Source: a virus
Taxonomy: Duplodnaviria; Caudoviricetes
Reading direction: 5' to 3' (one strand)
Virus record (IMG/VR): IMGVR_UViG_3300043391_000849
Span: 1-25,298 of that record
DNA length: 25,298 bases
Each line of letters begins with the position of its first letter. Within the stretch, counting starts at the first letter, position 1. Below the pieces are notes generated by a model. That model did not search any database and was not told the origin of the DNA. It saw only the letters and a program-made list of their open reading frames with translations. The translations under genes were made by a program, and so were the position numbers. Of this stretch, positions 15,267 through 23,718 are shown piece by piece.

Positions 15267-15575
15267 ATGGCTGATACACTTGGTTCTTTAGTTGATAAAT
15301 TGACGACGATTGATCTTAAAATGTGGAACAATCAAGAGATGCTTTATGAAATTCGTAGAATGACTTTTGAAGAATATAAAGCAAAATACTTTGACACTGA
15401 AGAAGGTGCTAAAAAACTTTGGGAGTGTTTAAAAAAAGCATGTGATCTTAATGTTCAAAGAAATCAATTGATAGATGAAGTTGATGAAAAAGTTGTAGAA
15501 ATTATTAAAGATGCTGTTTCTGGAAGTGACTTAGATTCTGGAAAATTTATTCAAAGAAAACATAAAACTTATTGA
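15267..15575 (+). CDS. Small helical protein (DUF4254-like), paralogue of 12842-13186
   Basis: DTLGSLVDKLTTIDLKMWNNQE...LNVQRNQLIDEVD; GAGGAG RBS. Confidence 0.6.
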   Translation: MADTLGSLVDKLTTIDLKMWNNQEMLYEIRRMTFEEYKAKYFDTEEGAKKLWECLKKACDLNVQRNQLIDEVDEKVVEIIKDAVSGSDLDSGKFIQRKHKTY

Positions 15576-15577
15576 TT

Positions 15578-16333
15578 ATGAAAGATAATGCTGTAATTTT
15601 AAACCATCTTGGGATGGGTGATATGTTGTCAATAAGTCCAGCGATAAGATTGTTTGCTTCAAAATATAAAGAAATTTTTATAGTATCTAAATTTAGATAT
15701 TATAAAAATGTTATGAAATTGTATGAAGATATTGATAATGTTAATGTATTTTCCTTAACTTCCAATTCTGATGATAATCAATATACTGAGATGTCTGAAA
15801 TAAACTCATTCATTTCGGAAATTGATATTGATCATGATTTATATTCTTGTGGGATATTCAAAGAAAATCATCACCCATTTAATAATTTACCAGATAATTT
15901 TTATTATGATTTAGATATACCGTTACAAACTTATAATGAATATTTTAAACTGCATGAAAAATATTATAATATAAGCAAAGTTTCCAATATTATTCAAAAT
16001 TATGAGTATATATTTGTTTCTGGAAATACCTCATTAAAAGATTATACTGACGATATCTTTTCAAAAATAAAAACTAATGATCTTATTTTAAGTACTTCTA
16101 AAAATTTTTATGATGATGATGATGAAAGATATGAAATTGCAAATTCTATCATTAATCTCCCTTTATTTGATTATATACCACTAATTCAAAACTGCAAAGA
16201 GGCTCATGTAATAGGTGGAGTTTTTTCTGTACTTTCTAAATTTGTTATTGGGAACAGTTCTTTAAAATTTTTGCATAATTGCAACGAGTGTAGTCTATCT
16301 AAAAACTTTTTTTCTGAGTGGGAGATTATTTAA
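15578..16333 (+). CDS. Putative glycosyltransferase-like protein
   Basis: N-terminal HLGMGDML resembles the GT-B (GT9-like) start motif; cluster context. Confidence 0.5.
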   Translation: MKDNAVILNHLGMGDMLSISPAIRLFASKYKEIFIVSKFRYYKNVMKLYEDIDNVNVFSLTSNSDDNQYTEMSEINSFISEIDIDHDLYSCGIFKENHHPFNNLPDNFYYDLDIPLQTYNEYFKLHEKYYNISKVSNIIQNYEYIFVSGNTSLKDYTDDIFSKIKTNDLILSTSKNFYDDDDERYEIANSIINLPLFDYIPLIQNCKEAHVIGGVFSVLSKFVIGNSSLKFLHNCNECSLSKNFFSEWEII

Positions 16334-16335
16334 AT

Positions 16336-16974
16336 ATGAATCACATTTTAAATCGATGTTTTGAAAAAATATTAGTACTTACTACCAATCATAAAATATC
16401 TGAAGAAAGAAGGAAAAGAATTATTCCTAGATTGGAGGGAATTGAATATACTTTTTTTTATGGAGTTAGTTATGAAGATTTAGATATCCAATCTTATCGT
16501 GATAATGGGTGCAATCTACAATATCCAGGACAAATTGGATGCTCGGAAAGTTTTAATAAAATATACAAGTATATTTTTGATAATGACATAAAAAATTGTT
16601 TAATTTTAGAAGATGATTCTATTATTGGTGAGGATATAAATTTATTGGAAAGCATTTATCCACAATTACCTGAAGATTGGCAATTATTTTATTTGGGACA
16701 TGGGCATCAGGATTCACAACCATCTCCTAATTATTCTGAAAATTTATTTCGTATCAGTAGGAATGATAATTATTTTCCAGATGCTACATTGGCATTTGCA
16801 GTAACTAAAGAATGTGCTAAAAAATTATATGATTTTAATTCTAAAATAACCTGGACTGCGGATGCAAATATTCAGATTTTTTTTAGAACTACTGATAATG
16901 TTGGATATGCTAGTATTCCAAAATTAATACTACATGAAAAAAAAGATTCAATCGTTGAAAATTTTATTGTATGA
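16336..16974 (+). CDS. Glycosyltransferase family 25-like
   Basis: SEERR, GQIGCSES, CLILEDD, DWQLFYLG, AFAVTKECAKKL. Confidence 0.8.
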   Translation: MNHILNRCFEKILVLTTNHKISEERRKRIIPRLEGIEYTFFYGVSYEDLDIQSYRDNGCNLQYPGQIGCSESFNKIYKYIFDNDIKNCLILEDDSIIGEDINLLESIYPQLPEDWQLFYLGHGHQDSQPSPNYSENLFRISRNDNYFPDATLAFAVTKECAKKLYDFNSKITWTADANIQIFFRTTDNVGYASIPKLILHEKKDSIVENFIV

Positions 16975-17900
16975 AAACTATTAGATATTTTTGTGATTTT
17001 AATTGTTTTGACAGACAAAATAATTTATTAACTTGGGCTTTATCTCATAATTTTAATTTAATATTTGATGAAGTATCACCAGATATTGTTTTGACTGGAA
17101 ATGATTTAAGTCCAGATTTAGTAAAATATAAAAATTCAAAAATTATATACTATAACGGAGAACCATTTATTTCCTGGTCTGGGGATATTAATAGAAATGT
17201 TATTGATAAAGCATTAACAAATTTTAATTTTGATGATTCTTTATTTGAAAGAGTTCCTTTAGTATTGCATTATAATTATGAATATTTTAAAAATGGATAT
17301 ATTAATGATTATGAATTTTTACTAAAAGAAAAACCAAATATTACCAGAGTTCCAAGTAAGTTTTGTTCTTTTGTTGCAAGAGCAAATGGATATCCATCAT
17401 GCCCAAGAGAGTACTTCTTTAATAAATTGGGTAATTATAAAACCATAAATTCGCACGGATCTTATTTAAATAATAGTCCATTAATACCTATGGGTGATAC
17501 ATCAAAATACGAGAATTCTTTATTTAAAGTTAATTGTATTTCTAATTATAAATTTAATTTGTGCTTTGAAAACTCTCATGGATGTACTAAGTCTCCAATA
17601 GATCATACTTATGTAAGTGATTCTGGGTGGGTAAGTGAAAAAATATATGAAGCATTGCTATCTGATACTATTCCGATTTATTGGGGAAATAAAGATATTC
17701 ATAGAGATTTAAATACCAAACGTTTTATCAATTATTATGATTATAGTGATTTTGATGCTATGGTTGAAAAAATAATAGAAATTGATAATGATGATAAACT
17801 ATTTTTAGATATTGTAAATGAGAGTTATGTTAATGACAAATCTGAAAGCATCTTTAAAAAAGAATATATAGTGGAACTTATGAAAAAAATTTGTGATTAA
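16971..17900 (+). CDS. GT10 alpha-1,3/4-fucosyltransferase-like
   Basis: KFCSFV, YKFNLCFENS...VSEKIYEALLSDTIPIYWG. Confidence 0.9.
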   Translation: MKTIRYFCDFNCFDRQNNLLTWALSHNFNLIFDEVSPDIVLTGNDLSPDLVKYKNSKIIYYNGEPFISWSGDINRNVIDKALTNFNFDDSLFERVPLVLHYNYEYFKNGYINDYEFLLKEKPNITRVPSKFCSFVARANGYPSCPREYFFNKLGNYKTINSHGSYLNNSPLIPMGDTSKYENSLFKVNCISNYKFNLCFENSHGCTKSPIDHTYVSDSGWVSEKIYEALLSDTIPIYWGNKDIHRDLNTKRFINYYDYSDFDAMVEKIIEIDNDDKLFLDIVNESYVNDKSESIFKKEYIVELMKKICD

Positions 17901-17902
17901 TT

Positions 17903-18799
17903 ATGAAAAAAATTATATTTTTTAATCATGCTCATAAAGGAGATCTTTGTATTTCCAGATCATTTATAAATCAAATAATAAAAGAACTTGATATTGAGTT
18001 TGGTTATGCCCATTACTGGGGGGAATATCTTCTTCAAGATATGAAAGTTGAATATTCCTATGTAGATGGAATACCTATATTATCCGATAAAAGGCATGTG
18101 GGAAATTTTATATCAGATGATATACTATACATTAATACCTGGATTGGTAATTATTTCAGACATTCTAAACCTGGATATGGGGAGTGTACTTTAAAATCTA
18201 CTTATGATTTAGTATATACTGAGATATTTGAACTTATTAAAAATACATTTCAAATTAATATTGAATTAAAAAATATAATGGAATATTTTCCACATATTGA
18301 TTATTCTCATTTTAAAATTGATAAAATAGATCAATTCATAAAAAATAATAATAGTAGAAAACGGGTATTATTATGTAATGGTCCAGGGTTAACTAACCAA
18401 TGTGAATATAATGGAGATATGGGAGAAATTATAGAAACCATATCTGAAAAATATTCAGATATTATGTTCTTAACCACGCATAAAATAAATTGTGATAAAA
18501 AAAATATAAGGTACACTGGGGATATTATTCAATCTGATCAAACCGATTTGAATGAAATATCATATCTTTCAAAATTTTGTGATATAATTGTGGGTAAAAA
18601 TTCTGGCCCTTTTATATTTTGTAATACTAAAGATAATATTTTTGATGAAGGTAAATCTTTCTTATCTTTTGGGGATAAAGAAACCTATTGTCTTCCGTAT
18701 AAATTGGATATAGATTGTAATTTTATATTTCAATATTTTTCCAAAAATAATACTTTAAATGAACTTACTGAGACTATTATTGAATTAATTGAAAAATGA
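17903..18799 (+). CDS. Hypothetical, possibly GT-B glycosyltransferase-like
   Basis: HAHKGDL N-terminus and CDIIVGKNSGPF, similar to the GT9 'vG.DSGP' motif. Confidence 0.5.
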   Translation: MKKIIFFNHAHKGDLCISRSFINQIIKELDIEFGYAHYWGEYLLQDMKVEYSYVDGIPILSDKRHVGNFISDDILYINTWIGNYFRHSKPGYGECTLKSTYDLVYTEIFELIKNTFQINIELKNIMEYFPHIDYSHFKIDKIDQFIKNNNSRKRVLLCNGPGLTNQCEYNGDMGEIIETISEKYSDIMFLTTHKINCDKKNIRYTGDIIQSDQTDLNEISYLSKFCDIIVGKNSGPFIFCNTKDNIFDEGKSFLSFGDKETYCLPYKLDIDCNFIFQYFSKNNTLNELTETIIELIEK

Positions 18800-19611
18800 A
18801 AAAGCAATACAATTTAGTTGGTGGTGGATTTAATAACTATGATAATGGAAACAAAGCATCTTCTATTCATAAACAAGAATCTAAGTTTATTGAATGGGTA
18901 GATTTTGGTGCTGAGGAAACATTTTATGTTGACCATGCAATAAGTTTAGCATTTGATGATGGGGATAGTCTTAAGAAGTATGCTTGGTTATTAGAATCGG
19001 CAAACATCTATCCAGAGATTATTGAAGATGTGAAACGAAATTATTTGCATTATACGAGAACTTATGATGCAATTTTTACACACAATCAGGAACTTGTAAA
19101 TCTTCATCCAAAGTTTAAGTTTGCTCCTCTTCAAGGAAGTTGGATTACAGAACCAAAACTTTATGAGAAGAGTAAATTAGTTTCTATGATTTGCTCTAAT
19201 AAATCCATGTGCCCTGGGCATGAATATAGATTGTCATGGGCACAAAAACTTCAAGGGCAAGTTGATTTTTATGGTCGTGGATTTAATGAGATTCAAAATA
19301 AAGAAGAAGGTTTAGCAGACTATATGTTCTCGGTAGCAATTGAGAATGCAAGTTATGCAACCTACTTTACCGAAAAGATTCAAGATTGTTTTGCAACTGG
19401 AACAATCCCAATTTATTATGGGGCACCAGATATTGGAAAGTTCTTTAATCCAAAAGGAATCATCACTTTAAATGATGACTTTGATATTGCCCTATTGACT
19501 CCGGAAATGTATTATGATAGACTTGATGCAGTAAAAGAAAATCTAGAAATTGTAAAGGATTTTGCAATTAACGAAGATTACATTTATAACACTTATTTGG
19601 GAGTTAAATGA
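18796..19611 (+). CDS. GT10 fucosyltransferase-like
   Basis: LVSMICSNK, YMFSVAIEN...YFTEKIQDCFATGTIPIYYG. Confidence 0.85.
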   Translation: MKKQYNLVGGGFNNYDNGNKASSIHKQESKFIEWVDFGAEETFYVDHAISLAFDDGDSLKKYAWLLESANIYPEIIEDVKRNYLHYTRTYDAIFTHNQELVNLHPKFKFAPLQGSWITEPKLYEKSKLVSMICSNKSMCPGHEYRLSWAQKLQGQVDFYGRGFNEIQNKEEGLADYMFSVAIENASYATYFTEKIQDCFATGTIPIYYGAPDIGKFFNPKGIITLNDDFDIALLTPEMYYDRLDAVKENLEIVKDFAINEDYIYNTYLGVK

Positions 19612-20456
19612 CAATTAGTTATAATCAACTTGGATCAAATGGTCGTCTTGGGAACCAGATGTTTCAGTATGCTGGACTACGTGGAATTGCCGCACATCGG
19701 GGATTTGATTGGTTGATTCCTCGTCCAGAGAGTTATGGTGATTCTAATTATGGACTCTTTGATTGTTTTGAAATGAGTTCTGTAAATGAAAAAAACTTTG
19801 GGTATCTGAATGCTCAAAGTATTGCAACAGGGCAATTTCATTTTAGTCAAGAGTTCTTTGATAATTGTCCTGATAATGTAAATCTTCATGACTACTTTCA
19901 GTCTCCAAAATACTTCTCTAATATTGAAGATCAAATCAGAGAAGACTTTACTTTCAAGACAGAGATTTTAGATCCTTGTCAAGAGATTATGAATGATTTG
20001 GAAAGTCCCATTTTCATTCACGTTCGTCGTGGTGATTATGTAAATAGTCAAGATGCTCATCCTGTTTGTTCATTAGAATACTATAAAGAAGCACTCACCC
20101 ATTTTGATGATGAACTTCCTGTTCTAGTATTTTCTGACGATATTGCATGGTGTAAACTACAAGAATTATTTTCTGATGATCGGTTTATGCTTTCTGAATA
20201 TCAAGAACGATATCCTCAAACTTGTGATACTAATGATGGAAAGCAAAATGCCCTGATTCCTTATTTTGATCTTTGTATGATGTCTCTTTGTTCTGGAGGT
20301 ATTATTGCAAATAGTTCTATGAGTTGGTGGGGTGCCTGGTTAATTAATAATCCAACTCAATCAATTATTGCTCCCAATCCATGGTTTGGGCCACAATATA
20401 ATAAGTATTATATGGGAGATCTTCTTCCCGATTCTTGGGTTGAGGTTCAGTCATGA
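19608..20456 (+). CDS. GT11 alpha-1,2-fucosyltransferase-like
   Basis: GRLGNQMFQYA, YFQS, IHVRRGDY, FSDD, IIANSSMSWWGAWL. Confidence 0.92.
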   Translation: MTISYNQLGSNGRLGNQMFQYAGLRGIAAHRGFDWLIPRPESYGDSNYGLFDCFEMSSVNEKNFGYLNAQSIATGQFHFSQEFFDNCPDNVNLHDYFQSPKYFSNIEDQIREDFTFKTEILDPCQEIMNDLESPIFIHVRRGDYVNSQDAHPVCSLEYYKEALTHFDDELPVLVFSDDIAWCKLQELFSDDRFMLSEYQERYPQTCDTNDGKQNALIPYFDLCMMSLCSGGIIANSSMSWWGAWLINNPTQSIIAPNPWFGPQYNKYYMGDLLPDSWVEVQS

Positions 20457-21277
20457 ACTTGAGTTTTTTGATGCCCTGTAGAATTGAATCTGAAGACCGG
20501 CTAAAGAATGTAATTACTTCACTTAGTTATCTTTTATATCATTTTCCAGAGTGTCCGATTATTATTAAAGAGAACGATGCTCAATCTGTTTTTGTGGATA
20601 GAGTAGTTCCTGTCATTCAAAAACTTTTTGGTAAAGTTCCTGATAATCTCCAACATATCTTTGAACAAACTAATCAGCAATTTTTTCATAAGACTAGGAT
20701 TTTGAATGATCTTTTAGTTGAATCAAAGACTGAAGTTGTTTATAATTATGATGTTGATGTAATCTATCCAGTTTCGAGTTATCATACTGCTTATAATATG
20801 ATTACTCAGGGTGGATATGATGCTGTATATCCATTTGGTTGTGGAATCTATCAGTGGGCAGTTGAATATCCAGTTGAACTTTTTGATAAGTTTATTGCAT
20901 CAAAGTTTGATTTGAATGTATTAAAACCAAATTGTGATCTGCAACCTTCTGTAATGGGTTGGGGACAAATGATCAATCGTCAAGTTTATATTGATTCTTA
21001 TATGTGGAATGAGAACTTTATTTCTTGGGGTGCCGAAGATTGTGAATATCATTATCGTCTTCCGGCACTGGGGTATAGAGTTGGGAGAGTAAATGATTTT
21101 GTTTATCATTTCAATCATTCTAGAACTTTTAATTCTCATTATCATAATCCAAAGTTTACAGATAATCATAATCTTTGGCAGACTATACGAAAACTGGATA
21201 AGGATGCTATAATAAAGTATTATAAAGATCAGAATTATGTTAGAGAGAGGAGGAATCAATTAAATGTTAGCATTTAA
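20453..21277 (+). CDS. GT2/GT7C-like glycosyltransferase
   Basis: DRLKN, YDVDV DxD motif, NENFISWGAED, VYHFNH. Confidence 0.8.
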   Translation: MNLSFLMPCRIESEDRLKNVITSLSYLLYHFPECPIIIKENDAQSVFVDRVVPVIQKLFGKVPDNLQHIFEQTNQQFFHKTRILNDLLVESKTEVVYNYDVDVIYPVSSYHTAYNMITQGGYDAVYPFGCGIYQWAVEYPVELFDKFIASKFDLNVLKPNCDLQPSVMGWGQMINRQVYIDSYMWNENFISWGAEDCEYHYRLPALGYRVGRVNDFVYHFNHSRTFNSHYHNPKFTDNHNLWQTIRKLDKDAIIKYYKDQNYVRERRNQLNVSI

Positions 21278-22070
21278 TTATTTGGGAAAACTTGGAAGAC
21301 TTGGGAATCAAATGTTCCAATATGCTTCTTTGAAAGGTATTTCTCGTCGTCGTGGGTATGATTACTGCATTCCAAATCATAATCAAATATTCAAAGATCC
21401 ATATGGATTTGATTTGAAGATTGAACTATTCTATCCATTTAAAATGAGTGGTGTGACTCCTCGCAATATTGGTATACTGGATCGTGGATATGCTCCTGTT
21501 GTAGAAGAAAAATATTTTCATTTTGATGAGATTCTTTTTACGATGTGTCCTGATGAGATTACTCTTGCAGGGTATTTTCAATCTGAAAAATATTTCAAAC
21601 ATATTGAAGATGAGATTCGTATAGACTTTTCGTTCAAGGATGAGATTCTAGAACCTTGTAAAGAAATGATTGGATCAGTTGGAGAGGCAATTTCTCTTCA
21701 TGTTCGTAGAACTGATTATCTCACTAATCCAAATCATACGGCACTTGGTCTGGATTATTATGAAGAAGCACTCAAACAATTTAATGATACCTCATCAGTT
21801 CTTGTATTCTCTGATGATCCTGAATGGTGTAAAGAGCAAAGACTATTTTCTGGTGATCGTTTTATGATTTCTGAATCTGGAGATCAATATGTTGATTTGT
21901 GTTTGATGAGTCTTTGTAAGCAGCACATTATTGCCAATTCCTCATTCTCTTGGTGGGGTGCATGGTTGTCTGGATCTGATGATGTTGTATCTCCCGTAAA
22001 GTGGTTTGGTAGAGATGATCGAGATAAAGATACCAAAGATCTAATTCCTGAACTTTGGACGAGAATCTAA
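21264..22070 (+). CDS. GT11 alpha-1,2-fucosyltransferase-like (second copy)
   Basis: GRLGNQMFQYA, GYFQSEKYF, LHVRRTDY, IIANSSFSWWGAWL. Confidence 0.92.
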   Translation: MLAFNYLGKLGRLGNQMFQYASLKGISRRRGYDYCIPNHNQIFKDPYGFDLKIELFYPFKMSGVTPRNIGILDRGYAPVVEEKYFHFDEILFTMCPDEITLAGYFQSEKYFKHIEDEIRIDFSFKDEILEPCKEMIGSVGEAISLHVRRTDYLTNPNHTALGLDYYEEALKQFNDTSSVLVFSDDPEWCKEQRLFSGDRFMISESGDQYVDLCLMSLCKQHIIANSSFSWWGAWLSGSDDVVSPVKWFGRDDRDKDTKDLIPELWTRI

Positions 22071-22864
22071 TGGATAGAAATAAAGCAGTCTATAAACTCA
22101 AGGGACTTCCTCCCATTTATTATCTCAATCTGGATGAACAACCAGAAAGAGCACAGTATATGGAAGAACAATTTAAGTATTGGCAAATTGAAAATTATAT
22201 GAGAATCTCTGCCTATGATGGTAGAGATGGTAGAGACCTTGGAGACATTCTTAAAGGACGATATCCAGATATGATGAACTCTGGGGAAGTTGGTTGTGTA
22301 ACATCGCATCTGAAGGCACTCAGGCACTTCTTAGAGAACTCTGATTCTCCCTGTGCTTTAATCATGGAAGATGATTGTGATTTGGATACAATCAAACATT
22401 GGCCATTCACTTGGAAAGATTTTTTCTGTAAAGTTCCTTACGATTATGATGTCGTTCAACTTGCGATTATTAATCCATCCCAGGTTCATGTACAACTTCA
22501 TCGTCGTTTTGTAAATGATTTTTCAACTGCATGTTATTTGATTACAAGGCATCATGCGCAAAAACTTATCAATCTTCATGTTCGTGGTGATAAGTATAAG
22601 TTGGATAATGGTGTCAAACCACGTGCCGTTGCCGATGACCTGATTTATAATTCAGGTAATACTTTTGCGATTCCTTTATTCATGTATAAGATTGAATTGG
22701 GATCATCTATTCATGATGAACATATTGATATATTTCATCGTGGTAGTTATGACGGATTGTGGCAATTTTGGAGAAATGGATCTTTTGATGTGAAGGATTG
22801 GAACAGTGTTTTTAGTTATGATCCTTATGCTGGACGACTTCCACCAGGATTTGAAAACAAATAG
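22070..22864 (+). CDS. Glycosyltransferase family 25-like
   Basis: YYLNLDEQPER, RISAYDG, GEVGCVTSHLKA, ALIMEDD, STACYLIT; ATG overlaps the upstream TAA. Confidence 0.85.
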   Translation: MDRNKAVYKLKGLPPIYYLNLDEQPERAQYMEEQFKYWQIENYMRISAYDGRDGRDLGDILKGRYPDMMNSGEVGCVTSHLKALRHFLENSDSPCALIMEDDCDLDTIKHWPFTWKDFFCKVPYDYDVVQLAIINPSQVHVQLHRRFVNDFSTACYLITRHHAQKLINLHVRGDKYKLDNGVKPRAVADDLIYNSGNTFAIPLFMYKIELGSSIHDEHIDIFHRGSYDGLWQFWRNGSFDVKDWNSVFSYDPYAGRLPPGFENK

Positions 22865-22867
22865 GAC

Positions 22868-22896
22868 TTGACAAGTCTTTATAATTCCTATATAAT
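22868..22896 (+). promoter_or_regulatory. Consensus sigma70 promoter for the hli cluster
   Basis: TTGACA, 17-nt spacer, TATAAT. Confidence 0.85.
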
Positions 22897-22923
22897 TGTG
22901 TGATGTTTCTTAACAAAAGTGTA

Positions 22924-23133
22924 ATGACTGTAACGACTAATGAGCACGGGCAACAAAATATGTTTGCTACTGAACCCAAGATGTACATTTCTGATGCTGA
23001 TGCTATCAAGTATGGTATGATGACTCATAACGAACGTGCAGAACTTGCTAATAGTCGTTGGGCTATGCTAGGATTCATTGCAGGCATCGTGTCTTACGTT
23101 GCTACTGGTAAACTATTCTTTGGTGTCTTCTGA
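22924..23133 (+). CDS. hli: High-light inducible protein
   Basis: ERAELANSRWAMLGF chlorophyll-binding motif plus one TM helix; ATG at 22924. Confidence 0.9.
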   Translation: MTVTTNEHGQQNMFATEPKMYISDADAIKYGMMTHNERAELANSRWAMLGFIAGIVSYVATGKLFFGVF

Positions 23134-23219
23134 TGTCCGAAGTTATTTTTACAACAACCAGTGTTGCCTTCTTTGTATTGTTGGCACACTCAATCAATCA
23201 ACTTTCTGAAACTTACTAA
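23133..23219 (+). CDS. 28-aa hydrophobic micro-protein (not in ORF track)
   Basis: MSEVIFTTTSVAFFVLLAHSINQLSETY; TGATG coupling to hli. Confidence 0.55.
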   Translation: MSEVIFTTTSVAFFVLLAHSINQLSETY

Positions 23220-23230
23220 GGAGAACTAAA

Positions 23231-23350
23231 ATGAAATTCGGATTTACACCTGAGGTAGAGATTTTAAATGGTCGCCTCGCAATGCTTGGATTCGTAATCG
23301 CAGTAGGAACTTATCTCACCACTGGTCAGATTCTTCCAGGCGTGTTTTAA
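23231..23350 (+). CDS. hli: High-light inducible protein, short type (39 aa; not in ORF track)
   Basis: MKFGFTPEVEILNGRLAMLGFVIAVGTYLTTGQILPGVF; AAGGAG RBS. Confidence 0.92.
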   Translation: MKFGFTPEVEILNGRLAMLGFVIAVGTYLTTGQILPGVF

Positions 23351-23378
23351 AATCCTAACAAAATAAGCAATAATACCT

Positions 23379-23489
23379 ATGCCCATTCTAAATATGAGTG
23401 GGGAACTTTTATTCCAAATGATAGTAGCAGAATCTTACTTTGTATTAATGGTTGTGATTCTTATCATAAAAGCAGCATATACGAAATGA
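23379..23489 (+). CDS. Possible small TM protein (36 aa)
   Basis: MPILNMSGELLFQMIVAESYFVLMVVILIIKAAYTK; ends just before the terminator. Confidence 0.4.
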   Translation: MPILNMSGELLFQMIVAESYFVLMVVILIIKAAYTK

Positions 23490-23495
23490 TTCTAT

Positions 23496-23527
23496 ATCCT
23501 CTTCTATATAAAGGAGAGGATTTTTTT
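23496..23527 (+). terminator. Intrinsic terminator of the hli unit
   Basis: TCCTCTTCT/AGGAGAGGA stem followed by T7. Confidence 0.75.
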
Positions 23528-23530
23528 ATT

Positions 23531-23683
23531 ATGTCTAAGAATCAGATTACAAAAGAAGAAATTAAAGTTTCGGTAGAGAAGTTAAAGACCGAACTTTATA
23601 ATGAGCAAACTTATGATGGCAAGGACCTTGCTCATAGGTATCTCAATAAGGTGCTGGACAAAATAGAAGAATATAGAGTATAA
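23531..23683 (+). CDS. Small hypothetical protein (50 aa)
   Basis: MSKNQITKEEIK...; ATG 23531 preferred because the 23486 start runs through the terminator. Confidence 0.65.
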   Translation: MSKNQITKEEIKVSVEKLKTELYNEQTYDGKDLAHRYLNKVLDKIEEYRV

Positions 23684-23689
23684 TAAATA
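23682..23689 (+). promoter_or_regulatory. Late-type promoter
   Basis: AATAAATA about 30 nt before the large ORF. Confidence 0.5.
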
Positions 23690-23718
23690 TCACTAGAAGA
23701 AAGTAATTAGTATTATAA

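Noticed and set aside
8936-22864. Reading the cluster as a bacterial O-antigen locus or a DNA-hypermodification system
   Set aside because: There is no flippase, polymerase or priming transferase, and the flanks are phage-like. No hydroxymethylase or other base-modification gene is in the window, so DNA as the acceptor is unsupported though not excluded.
23351-23683. Frame stays open for 111 codons after the short hli TAA (possible stop read-through or recoding)
   Set aside because: The hli ends at its usual C-terminus, the frame crosses a terminator, there is no suppressor tRNA, and all three stop codons are used normally elsewhere.
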